A stretch of 64,000 nt of DNA. Source: Priapulus caudatus. Lineage: Eukaryota. Below, in pieces: positions 41,259 through 50,842 of this stretch (position 1 is the first letter of the stretch; the number at the start of each line of letters is the position of its first letter). A model generated the notes under the pieces. It saw only the letters and a list, made by a program, of their open reading frames with translations, did not search any database and was not told the origin of the DNA. The stretch lies in NCBI RefSeq assembly GCF_000485595.1, contig NW_014577061.1:223455-287454 (forward strand), written 5' to 3'. The translations under genes and the position numbers were made by a program.

Positions 41259-44200
41259 ACACACAACAATATATATATATATATATTGTATGCAGCACTA
41301 GAGATGACGTTCTCGGGAAATTTTTCATTGCAAAATCGAATCGATAGAGATAGACCAAATTAGGTATAGAAATCGTTGCGCGCATGCATATAAATCTACC
41401 ATAGAACCTAGGGAACAGGTAAGTATCCACAGAAAACGAAAACAAGAAGGAGCCCCTTGCCCCATAGACGCGTATTGTTTTGTCAGTAATATAAATATAT
41501 CAGCCGCAGCTACGTTATAATAGAAGTATCTACAAAGGTCAAAGGACTTCAACCCGCTCCTGAAGAAATCACCGAGCATTTCATTCGCTCGCATTTAAAA
41601 TCATTCTCATTCTACTTGCGAAGGTCAGAATATAGTCGCTATGAACTGCATTTTCGTTTGAAAGTAGCATAAGCGTGTCGAACACAAGAATCTATTGCAG
41701 ATTGTGATTCAACTCGGTGAAGAGCGTGACGGAATATCAACGATTCGCGTCGGGGATAGAGAAACCACCTGCCCTTCACGCAACCTACGGGAGCTGTGGA
41801 GCACTTGAAGCACATGCCCGCGTCTCATCAGCCGAATACGTTCATGCATATAGTATCGCCGTACTGCTTCTATGTTTAAGGTTCACCTAGCCGCAGGCTA
41901 CACAGCAGTATCAGACGTTGACTTCACTAAGTCTTGTCTTTATTGTAGAATGCCTTGAATTGCGCTTGGCAATTTTGTAACCGATTATGGTGTTTCGTTG
42001 TACATGCGCGCACGCGGGCACGTAGGTACGTTGTCACCTTTTGCACCTTGTCTGAATATGAAATCATATTTGCGAAGTCAAGTACCATAGCATGGTTTAA
42101 GCAGGATTCGGCTGCGAAAGCAAGTATGTTAGTTGCGTTATCCGTTTGCTTTCATAAACCAGCGCCCCGTATAACAATAACCAGAGTAATTCAGCGCCCT
42201 CTGTCGATCATGAGTTTACGAATAGGTCCTACTTTTTTCCGCACCGGATACCCTCCTTTTCACATATTTCCTGTCCCGGAGCATAGATCCTACTTTTTCC
42301 GCACCGGAGACCCTCCTTTTCACATATTTCCGGAGACCCTCCGTTTCACATATTTCCCGTCCCTGCGCAAATGTTCTACTTTTTTCCGCACGTTCCGGAG
42401 CCCCCCATTTTGATGTGCTGCGTTAGTACCGGAGCCCCCCAATTCCATCTCTCAAGTGGCACATACCTACCCTATTTGGTAGGGAGTGCCCCCCGGGCTA
42501 CAACTGTTTTGAGGGCAGTAAATGTACAGGCTAGTAAGTGCCCTTGATTGACAGTTTCGTTGACCTTAGCTCATTATCTGTATTGTCGATGCCTCGACCA
42601 CCATAGACTTTAAGTCTGAAAAGTCCAAGATTCAGCACAGACGGTGTACGAAAGCGTGTACGTTGCTAACTCTGCTCTCCCGAACGCTACTAGACGGCTA
42701 GTGCTTTTAGCCTTTAAGTCGATATTTCTTACTGAAACCGCGGCGCACCGTCTGTCTTGCTTTTTGAAAACTTCACATCCAGAGCGTTTATAATATATTT
42801 CTGAAGTTATTTTTGGGCACGGAGTCCTAAGCTTTGCTATTATAAACGATATATTTAGGCCTATGAATACAATATAGAAAGATTGAGCAGCCAGTTTGGA
42901 ATACAGAAACGTATGCTATATAATAAGGTTCTAGTTCAAATGCAAGATTCAATGATGTAAGTATTATTTACTGGTGCTGTGTATAAAGCAATCTAAGGCT
43001 AGTAATTCTAACATATAGTTGAACGTTCTGAGCGACAGAAAATAATTATGGTAGCAATTTTGACATCATGGAATTCATTATGGAGTTGAATTGTCATTCC
43101 TATAATTCTCATTTATTGCACCTAGCAGCAAAGAGCACGACAATTCCGTTCTTAATTTATTACCTAACAATCTGCTCGATATGAAGCATGTCTTCACTAC
43201 GAATGTTGCGCTATAACTTTTCAATTGCTCCCCCATTATTATTACGTAAACATACACGTTGGGCATTTCGTTTTCATTTCGTTTGCATTCATGTTGATGC
43301 TACACTGCTCAATAGATGGCGCTACATGCATATGAACTATGTGGAGTGTATAATAATAGACTATTATAGTCTATACCATACATATCTATATCTATATATC
43401 TATATATATATATACATGTCTATTATAGTATATATTATAGAATATAATAGTCTATTATTTTACACTCCTGATAGGTCTACTTGTAATGCCCTATCGTACC
43501 GTACAGTACCGACCCTACTTTACCATACACATGATACGCAATTAAACCAGTAACAAAGTTAGGTATATAGTGTCCGTCTATTTGCTCTTTCGGTATGAGG
43601 CGTCATTATAGAAGTAACTCGTGTAGATTGTAATACAGAGTGTTGAATTCATCAATATACTATATTATGTATAAAATATGTATACTAAAATATAGGCCGT
43701 TATGATATCCGCTCAACAGTCAACATACGTAACTTAATAAATGACCCGACCCCCACCATAATAATGTTCCCGTGTATATAATCTTTTAGCATATATATAT
43801 ATATATATATATATACATCCTATGTGTCATTAATAAAATGACATAGGCCTATGTCTCGCTCGAGGAAAATGCGTGCAGATAATTAAAATAGCAGTGAATT
43901 TGTTATCTTTCATGATTCACAAAACAGTCCATCTCGGACGACCGGGACATTGACACAATGTACAGCAATATACGTCATCGATCCTGATCTCTGAATAGGT
44001 CTCTCTAATTTCACTACGGTGACTGAATGATGATAGATATAATAATCTATAACAATTGTACAGTAGAAGACTTTCTTTGTAACCCGTCGCAGAGAGCTAA
44101 GACCACCCCAAGTCTCTCACCATAAATGAAATAGGTGTAAAGTGCTTCAGAACGTTTTTTTAATAAATAAGTCGATCTTACACTCTTGCAATGAATTTGC

Positions 44201-46292
44201 GATGCGTTCATTAACACGCATTACTACATTCAGTTGTGACGCGGTTATTATTTAAGTGATATTCTCTATTTTATTTTGGTTCGGCAATATTTGCTTTTGC
44301 TAATGGGTCGCCCATTTTGATTTGTTTAACTAACGAAATGTGATACCCTTTTTGTCAGTGATATTTTATTTCAGTACGTCAGCTGTTTGTTAAAACGTAC
44401 TGATGGTCACTTTAATTATATGCATATATTAAAAAATGGTAAGCACTTATTTCTAGACAGAATGCTAGATTAGCGTTTCGTTAATGAAGCTCATCTATGA
44501 TTTTACTTGTAAAGCGTGTTGGAGCAACGTTGCCGTCCCTTTTAACTATGGCGATACCAAGCAGTCATGGTTCCTACATACTACATAATACCTGTCATAC
44601 TATGATCATATTAAGAACTAATAATACATATATTATTAGCTCTTGATCATAATTTTGTCATATATCAAAACTATACCAACTATTTCAGTGAATCGCTGCA
44701 CGTCTGATCGTGAAGCCGCAATTTTCAGTAAACGGTTAAGCGCCTCCGTGTCCTAATTATTACAACTAACAATGATTCATTAGCCAGTGCTTTGATTTGT
44801 AATCGTGTGACGATTAACCTTCCCGTTCATAAAAGAAGGGACGGCAAAAATTGCCTGAGAAATGCTATTTGATTTAGCATACCATTTCGCAAAGATGTAA
44901 ATATTGAATAAGCACGCAGTGCGTGCGTGGTAGTGGTCTCGTATGGTGCTGCTCCAGCAAGTTTTACAATGGCTCTCGGCAGTGGAAGAGAGTTAATTTA
45001 ATCTTGCGTCTTCGTATATGCAGTTTGCATTGTTCAAAATGTTTGCATAAATGCTAAGCATATTACAGTGCTTACACAAATACTATAAACTAGATGTTTG
45101 TTCATATTACCATAGTTCTATGCATAATGTGTACAGTTTGGAATTGTAACTGTCGTTTATTTCTGGTTTGCATTAATTCGGCTTGACGCACATTTGCATA
45201 ATGGTTAAAGAATATTCACGCACGATCACCATTGACGATTGCATTAGCCTTCGTGTGCTGCACTTCCTGTCGTTTCACCCTGGTGGTTGTGTTTTATCAC
45301 TTCAGCTTACACCTTGTGAATATAGGGATAACAATAAGTATTGGATTCGCAGAAGTTACATCGATGCTTTTCCAAACCTTTTCGCACGATGTACATTACA
45401 TTTTTACATTTGCATTATAACGTGTTGGTGCTGTTGGATTAGCGTGATGTATTATGGCGGTGAATGAGATTTATGCTGCTGTCAATCGTATATAAGAGTG
45501 TTTCGAGCTCGTCCTTTTCCTACAGCATCACCATTAACACGCATGCATCGCATCATCTAGATATATGAAATTTACAGTCAACGTATCCATGTAGTGCTCT
45601 ATATATGTAGCCTGGCTGATAGAGAGATTGAAGTGCGTAGACAAAGAATGCAATATATTATGATGAAACGACATCCATGGAGAAAATGACGTGATATGGA
45701 TCCGTGTGTGCAGTTGACTGCATGGTTATACATGCATCTGATGAAACGATAACTTGTTAATCGGTTACGTTATAACCGTATTAACCGTATATGAGCAACG
45801 ACGTTGAGATGTATTTCCTGTTTACGGCAGTAATAATAAATTATTATTCGTTGTGAGTTTAATGTTACAAAACAGTTCGTATCGAATTTCTCACGATATC
45901 TATTTCAATCACGTCGTCGCTGATGGTTTGTGAATTGTGGTTCTTCCAGAGAGCTGATGGATTACAGCTCAGGACGTAGCGAGATTAAAGTATATTGTGG
46001 GGACATAATTTCTTGACCAAAATCAGGTCGTAACGGTTGTCGACATAGCTCAATTGGTGGGTTCCTGAAATAAACCGCGAATGGGATATGATTGGGTTAA
46101 ATGGAGTCGGAATAATCCATTATTTTACGTTGATTTCAGGGTTAAATACTTCTATTACTCATATTCTTGGTGTTCATAATTTGTCGGGGAGAGCCCCCTT
46201 GCTGCCTCCCCCAACCACACCCGCAGGGGCAGTACGTGGCACCGCAGAGACGATTTTCATCATGCGCTGTTTAGAATACAATAATACATATT

Positions 46293-46356
<64 letters not shown>

Positions 46357-49300
46357 AATTGTTGTGTTCACAAAAGTTGTTATATTGTCGGATCGTGTCA
46401 GGTCGTAGCATGTTTATATCGTCGCAAGGGTTAGACTATAATTTAGGTACGTGATATTAACCAGTGGCATGTACATGTTAGAAATGACACTACTACACTA
46501 CTGTGTATGTGTAATCCGAAACTTGGATTCCACTCCATGTCACACTGATGCTGATAGACATGCAGCGTTTTTATTCTTTATTCGAACGTTCCAAACGAAA
46601 AGACATTCCAACAGCCGCGATATAAAACACAAAATGTATGCTCTTCTATAGCCGCAAGGATATACGAGATAGCAACTTTGTCATCGGCTCTTGATAACGG
46701 CAAGATAATCAAGTATTTAGTGTAGGTTTTCCCTCAAAGCAAACAGTTTGTGAATAAGACAACCTCGGTCGACGAAATCGCGGCTATCCATACTTGACCA
46801 CGCCTGTCTGTTTTCCAACGTCCGGTACGCAGATCCTGGAGATTTCGGCGAATATGACCCGTTTCATCCGTCCAGTAGTCTATACCATGACCCCAACGAC
46901 GATCATGGCCGCCTGGGCTCTACCCAGCTTCACCATCCTTCGCTATCTAAAGATTTTTCGCAGGAGGAGGATTCGTCGTTGCGTGCACGGGAACAGTGTA
47001 AATTCCGTTTTGTGTTGCTGTGTGTGCAGTTTGCTATTATATGCCCATCTCGTCGTCGTCATCGGCGGCGACGGCGGCGCTAACAAGCTTTCTGATTGCT
47101 CGTATGCTAACATCTTGGGTTCGGTTTTGAAGGCTTGAGTATTTCTAGAGTTTTCAGACTTTCTACTGATGCCTCGTTTGCTCAGGTTTTCCTGAGACAC
47201 TTTGCGTTGCATGCTTGCGGTCGTTTTCTATCTACGAATTTATCACTTCTAGCCGCTTTGCTGATTTCTGCTTGTAGAATGCGGAGAATGTACGCAGATT
47301 ATCGTTATGAAATCTGCTGAAATGTGCAATTGGTATTCACATGGCGCGTTGTTGTGTGAATCGTGGCAACAGTGATTTCGAAAGTAATTGAGTGTTTGCT
47401 TACTAATACACGCTTTCGTTGCTGTTAACTCCTCCGCGGAATGCTGCGCATTAAACGGATGTTAGCTGCAAAGGGGTAATCAAATACCGAATGTACTATT
47501 TAAATTTTAAATCGTGATAACATTAAAGATGAATTCTTCTTTTTAGACTCGGTACTAACCCTAGTGGCTCAGCGTTGGTTGTCGTACGGACATCGCGCAT
47601 GCGTCGTGGGCGAACGGGCAGCGTTTGAATCGAGCCACGTATACATACATATCCATTAAAGCATTGCTTTACTTTGTTACCATTTCTCGTCTAGCCCCGC
47701 ACAGCCCAACAAGAGGTCGTCGCCAAAAATTAAACATACGCATGAAAAGCTTCTCTCTCGACAACCCTAATAGCAAGGATCACTTGCGACACGTCATCGG
47801 TGGGGGTCGTCCCTCGTGCAGCTACTGTAAATATCAGCAAGAGTTAATAATACCTAGGTATTATTAGCTCTTGATATCAGCTGTGTACAAGCACAGTCGT
47901 CGTGTGTCACGTATCACTGTGTTTTCCGCTGTGTGTATGCATGAATGGTGGTCGATGTAGCGCTTATACGTGTATCTATCTCTCTGTATTTGTCTATTTA
48001 AATGACCCGACACGACCGCATATACACGCACCCGTACAAGCGTACGTACAGGGGAAACGCTCGCACGCACGCACACATGGCTCCTACATACGCACGCAGG
48101 CACGCACGCGCACACGTACACGCACACACGCTAGTTCTATAGGTGGTTGCAAACTGTGCATGGTCAGTGTGAATCTAGCAACATCGTTCACCAGTTCAGT
48201 TGTTGAAGGTAGAACCAATCTTGCCCATACGAAACTAATGTCTGGGTGATTGCAGCAATGCGTTTCGCTGCAAATTCTTTGCACTCAGTTTGCTTTAGTG
48301 TTAAATACATAACAGCGTATGTTTGAGAACGTATCGCTACAACAGCAATAACCGCATGTGAAATAGGAAAGATTTTAGGGGGTTATCCACTACAATTAAA
48401 CAATTACTATGGTGGTCTGTCTGAAAGCCAGTTGTAACGGTAATCCCTCAAGTTACTATCAAGTTACCAAACATATTTTCACTATAGCATAATTTATAAA
48501 CAAGCCTCAACATAAGCAACAATTGTAATACTCTATTTCTCGGGCTACTTTGAATTCGTCGATGCACGTATGAAGCTATTGCTGACACACCTAGCTCGCC
48601 CCAATACTATTAATTATTTCACATCTATTCACAGGCAGTAGTAGTAAACAGCACTCGTGCATACTCGCAGTGCAATACTAGCGGACGGGAATCTATCTCG
48701 TGACTCTGTACGTGTTTTGTGTGCTGTCTCACTCACTCACTCACTCACTTACTCACTTACTCACTCACTCACTGCTTCTCTTCGTGGATCTATCCGTCGG
48801 TGATATATGTATAGATTTCTCACGTTGTGTGCGTACGTGGTGATCGTGGTGTTGCGCTTACTTATACTTGCTTGGTGTTAAGGCGTGTACCGTGCACCGT
48901 TCTTGACCGTGTTCAGTCTGTGATAGTTACCATTGTACTAAAGCTAAACACCTGTAATAATGTCCAAGTATTCGTATGGCTACATTCTTATTTATCCAGC
49001 AAACACTTCGCAGTTTACCTAGCTCCGATAAGTTCACGTATGAAAAATGACTTATTAAGATTTAAACACGTGATTCGACAAATCTAAACATATTCCGCTG
49101 TCAATAGTGAAATCAACTCAAGTCAAAGTATGAACAGCGCATGTTGTCTTGTAGCCCCGGACAGTCCCACCCACGGTCAGCACAGCCGAGGAAGGTTGCA
49201 GCGTGCCAAAGGAGACTCATTAGATATCCCTGACGATACTGAAAAGTCGCTCAGTTCAGCATCGTCTGCTTCACCGCTAGGAGGCTCACCAGTGAGTCGC

Positions 49301-50227
49301 GGCTGAGCTCGAATACGTGTTTGTTTGTGGGTCCCTTATCTTCGCCATATAGACGTAAATGACGTAGTCGTTCAGTATTATGTAAATAATCTGCGCGTTC
49401 GTCAAATTGTTCGCGTTCAAACACATCGATGACAGTCGAATCTTTTCCTGTGTTCTTCTTTGCGAATTATGCAGAATTTGTAAACATGGCCACCGCAACA
49501 TGGCCACAACGCCCTGAAACTATAAACTGTCTATCAATTGTAGCTTGCGGCCAAATGCGTATGTCAGTCGATCGTCTGATCAGCTGACTTGTTTCAGAAG
49601 TCTTACCAGAGGCAGGCTGCTCAAAGTCTATATGTGACGATCAGGGACTTCAAAGGCGAGGGCCGGCGTGACGAGATAGAATTCAGGTGATGAAATAACT
49701 GTTCTTGCACAAGAACACACACAAACACACACACGCGCGCGCGCTGCATTGCATACACGGGTGCTATCTCGTCTATTACATTATTTACATACGTTCACAA
49801 GTAATTGCAAGAATTCGATCCGTTATCAATGATGATATGATACAAGATGGCCGAAGGCTCGTGGAACTACTGCAAACAATGAAAACAAAGCGCAGCAATC
49901 TGTTCTTTACGAACAAAATAGCAAAAGCGATGACCGCAATAAATTATTTAATTATATAAAATTAATTTTAATTGCAACCGTTAATTTTCTTATCTTACAG
50001 AAGTGGCAGTAAGGTGGTGGTGATGGACATGTCGGATGCAGAGTGGTGGCGGGGTCGGTGCAATGGTCAGCAGGGATACTTCCCGGCTGGTTGCGCTGTC
50101 CGCATCTTTCCAGGCGAGCGTGTGATGAAGGTTACTAAAAGCATACAGCTAAGCGACGGTGGAATCGACTTAAGGCTGAGTCGTGAGCAGGTGCGTACCC
50201 ACGCACGCACCCACGCACGCACACGGA

Positions 50228-50320
<93 letters not shown>

Positions 50321-50842
50321 TGTATGCAGCACTAGAGATGACGTTCTCGGGAAATTTTTCATTGCAAAATCGAATCGATAGAGATAGACCAAATTAGGTA
50401 TAGAAATCGTTGCGCGCATGCATATAAATCTACCATAGAACCTAGGGAACAGGTAAGTATCCACAGAAAACGAAAACAAGAAGGAGCCCCTTGCCCCATA
50501 GACGCGTATTGTTTTGTCAGTAATATAAATATATCAGCCGCAGCTACGTTATAATAGAAGTATCTACAAAGGTCAAAGGACTTCAACCCGCTCCTGAAGA
50601 AATCACCGAGCATTTCATTCGCTCGCATTTAAAATCATTCTCATTCTACTTGCGAAGGTCAGAATATAGTCGCTATGAACTGCATTTTCGTTTGAAAGTA
50701 GCATAAGCGTGTCGAACACAAGAATCTATTGCAGATTGTGATTCAACTCGGTGAAGAGCGTGACGGAATATCAACGATTCGCGTCGGGGATAGAGAAACC
50801 ACCTGCCCTTCACGCAACCTACGGGAGCTGTGGAGCACTTGA
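13614..50842 (+). CDS. STAC: Multi-exon STAC-family gene (SH3 and cysteine-rich domain protein, Dstac/STAC-like: C1 + linker + SH3-SH3); gene-level span to the intact terminal exon
   Basis: Hand-spliced GT-AG exons with compatible phases give a C1 domain (HQFLISTFKKATFCDYCKDVMRGMAKQGLRCKICKMSVHVKCQDSVPRC), LLRRQKTASSID, VDPVYELLK, and two SH3 domains (LYVTIRDFKG...DEIEFRSGSKVVVMDMSDAEWWRGRCNGQQGYFPAG; ERVMKVTKS...EQIVIQLGEERDG...CPSRNLREL). C1-SH3-SH3 with VDPVYE is the STAC architecture. Confidence 0.88.
14864..15465 (-). mobile_element. Inverted 5' (EN-RT linker) part of the LINE, degenerate
   Basis: Minus strand reads YRRVKNMDSDAFIRDLA...VIDEHAPL...WMSEDILHTIQQRDMMRRK across frameshifts and ends in DFVKQKVG. 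It shares 25 nt (14868-14892) with the plus-strand LINE start at 16421-16445. Confidence 0.8.
16421..18245 (+). mobile_element. Non-LTR retrotransposon (L2/Crack/CR1-group LINE), 5'-truncated, disrupted reverse transcriptase plus 3' end
   Basis: RT motifs KAVGLDGI, NFRPISVL, QSGF, LLDFRKAFDLVDH, GVPQGSILGP, MYADDST, EKILGI. Frame breaks near 16950-17070. AATAAA at 18223 followed by a short (TTAC)n tail. Confidence 0.93.
20120..20345. mobile_element. 226-bp MITE, 9-bp TSD (ATCACTGTG), MULE-like, containing (CCCTAA)n
   Basis: Imperfect TIR with perfect core CGGGCGTGGAGGGACA/TGTCCCTCCACGCCCG; TSD at 20111-20119 and 20346-20354; telomere-type repeats about 20233-20288. Confidence 0.8.
21372..21437 (+). 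CDS. STAC: STAC-like exon (DTANERHEHDKEREERKMSSSP)
   Basis: TTCAG acceptor, CAG|GTAATG donor, 66 nt, phase 1-1, open frame. Confidence 0.7.
21497..21800. repeat. (CT)n-rich tract
   Basis: Direct inspection. Confidence 0.95.
21955..26390 (+). repeat. Direct duplication of ~1.4-1.5 kb (21955-23442 vs 25007-~26390), indel-rich, beside a 25-N gap
   Basis: Both copies start ACATTTCCACGGCAACAATATAAC and stay collinear through GA-rich tracts, with many small indels. Confidence 0.85.
24144..24422. mobile_element. 279-bp MITE, 9-bp TSD (GTTAGTTAG), MULE-like, containing (CCCTAA)n
   Basis: TIR core AGGGTCTATGTCCC/GGGACATAGACCCT extending into GTACTGCCGGAA; GCT...AGC termini; TSD at 24135-24143 and 24423-24431; CCCTAA/CCCGAA repeats about 24295-24361. 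Confidence 0.8.
27018..27140 (+). CDS. STAC: STAC-like exon, C1 domain N-half (DTFGSERRSHVDISNIDYAHQFLISTFKKATFCDYCKDVMR)
   Basis: TTTTCCTCCCAG acceptor, G|GTAAGA donor, phase 1-1; H-x12-C-x2-C pattern. Confidence 0.93.
27168..27410. repeat. Self-complementary tandem repeat based on TATAGAGATCTCTATA / TATTAGATCTCTA
   Basis: Many AGATCT-centred short units. Confidence 0.85.
27922..28010 (+). CDS. STAC: STAC-like exon, C1 domain C-half (GMAKQGLRCKICKMSVHVKCQDSVPRCPGQ)
   Basis: CAG acceptor, CAG|GTATTA donor, phase 1-0; QGLRC-x2-C-x4-H-x2-C pattern completes the C1 domain. Confidence 0.93.
28878..29167. mobile_element. ~290-bp MITE with ~63-bp terminal inverted repeats
   Basis: TGTTCTGCTTGCATCTATGACAAATACGACATACGCATATACGCTCTCCT matches the reverse complement of the right end with few mismatches; internal CTATGACAAAT sub-repeats. 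Confidence 0.8.
31483..31632 (+). CDS. Candidate alternative internal first exon (MSLVRIAIAIEIRRASYASNSLQAMRERKLSEDVVLGTRNDAAPRSRSPL)
   Basis: ATG in a GC/CpG-rich island; CTG|GTACCG donor in phase 0; a 93-nt intron would join it in frame to the exon at 31726. Confidence 0.4.
31660..31673. promoter_or_regulatory. RFX X-box-like motif GTCGCCATGGCAAC
   Basis: Matches the X-box consensus GTNRCCATGGYAAC; a second degenerate site ATCGCCATAGCGAT at 31686-31699. Confidence 0.45.
31726..31828 (+). CDS. STAC: STAC-like exon (PPNKSKLLRRQKTASSIDTRVQLSLGTGKDKDKG)
   Basis: TTTGTCTGCAG acceptor, phase 0-1, G|GTATAT donor; LLRRQK motif directly after C1. Confidence 0.82.
33866..34012 (+). CDS. STAC: STAC-like exon (AQVDPVYELLKSASGMRGSSKPDSESTSNEAISSSSLKSPDVRLASPSS)
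   Basis: TGCAG acceptor, CAG|GTATAC donor, phase 1-1; VDPVYE is the conserved STAC linker motif. Confidence 0.88.
35138..35196 (+). CDS. Candidate linker exon (DPIVVCGVLSPSVPDNSRPT)
   Basis: TTTTCACCAG acceptor, GTACGG donor, phase 1-0; would bridge to the exon at 35845. No homology support. Confidence 0.3.
35845..35962 (+). CDS. Candidate Ser/Pro-rich linker exon (VKNVVRGPLQNFLRIRISPPSPTPSNPLESVCSPESPPQ)
   Basis: TTACAG acceptor, phase 0-1, GTGTGT donor; the 3' boundary is uncertain. Confidence 0.35.
37776..41808 (+). pseudogene. STAC: Copy 1 of the STAC 3' exons (starts 37776, 38628; 40075-40209, 40518-40606, 40926-41114, 41701-41808), frameshifted as assembled
   Basis: 1-bp indels relative to copy 2, e.g. 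CCCGCAC vs CCCCGCAC, CCCCGACAG vs CCCCGGACAG, TTCCGG vs TTCCCGG, GGTGAATC vs GGTGGAATC. Exons 40518-40606 and 41701-41808 are intact. The indels may be sequencing errors. Confidence 0.6.
46833..46997 (+). CDS. Candidate linker exon (DPGDFGEYDPFHPSSSLYHDPNDDHGRLGSTQLHHPSLSKDFSQEEDSSLRAREQ)
   Basis: CGCAG acceptor, protein-like open frame not shown in the ORF track, phase 1-1; donor (GTAAAT) uncertain. Confidence 0.45.
47695..47799 (+). CDS. STAC: STAC-like exon (APHSPTRGRRQKLNIRMKSFSLDNPNSKDHLRHVI)
   Basis: TTTCTCGTCTAG acceptor, phase 1. The RQKLNIRMKSFSLD motif resembles invertebrate Stac linkers (from memory). Donor after 47799 or after 47826, both phase 1. Confidence 0.75.
49155..49291 (+). 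CDS. STAC: STAC-like exon (APDSPTHGQHSRGRLQRAKGDSLDIPDDTEKSLSSASSASPLGGSP)
   Basis: TCTTGTAG acceptor, GTGAGT donor, phase 1-0. Confidence 0.82.
49598..49686 (+). CDS. STAC: STAC-like exon, start of SH3-1 (KSYQRQAAQSLYVTIRDFKGEGRRDEIEF)
   Basis: TTTCAG acceptor, AG|GTGATG donor, phase 0-2; SH3 'YV...DF...DE' pattern. Confidence 0.9.
50001..50190 (+). CDS. STAC: STAC-like exon, SH3-1 and start of SH3-2
   Basis: TTACAG acceptor, CAG|GTGCGT donor, phase 2-0; EWWRG and GYFP SH3 signatures. Confidence 0.93.
50735..50842 (+). CDS. STAC: STAC-like terminal coding exon (IVIQLGEERDGISTIRVGDRETTCPSRNLRELWST*)
   Basis: TTGCAG acceptor, phase 0, TGA at 50840-50842; completes a divergent second SH3. 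Confidence 0.88.
   Translation: MVIQLGEERDGISTIRVGDRETTCPSRNLRELWST

Noticed and set aside
41955..42497. 152-aa ORF downstream of the STAC stop
   Set aside because: It runs through a short tandem-repeat transposon remnant (TTTTTCCGCACCGGA units ending in CCCCCCGGG) and has no domain.
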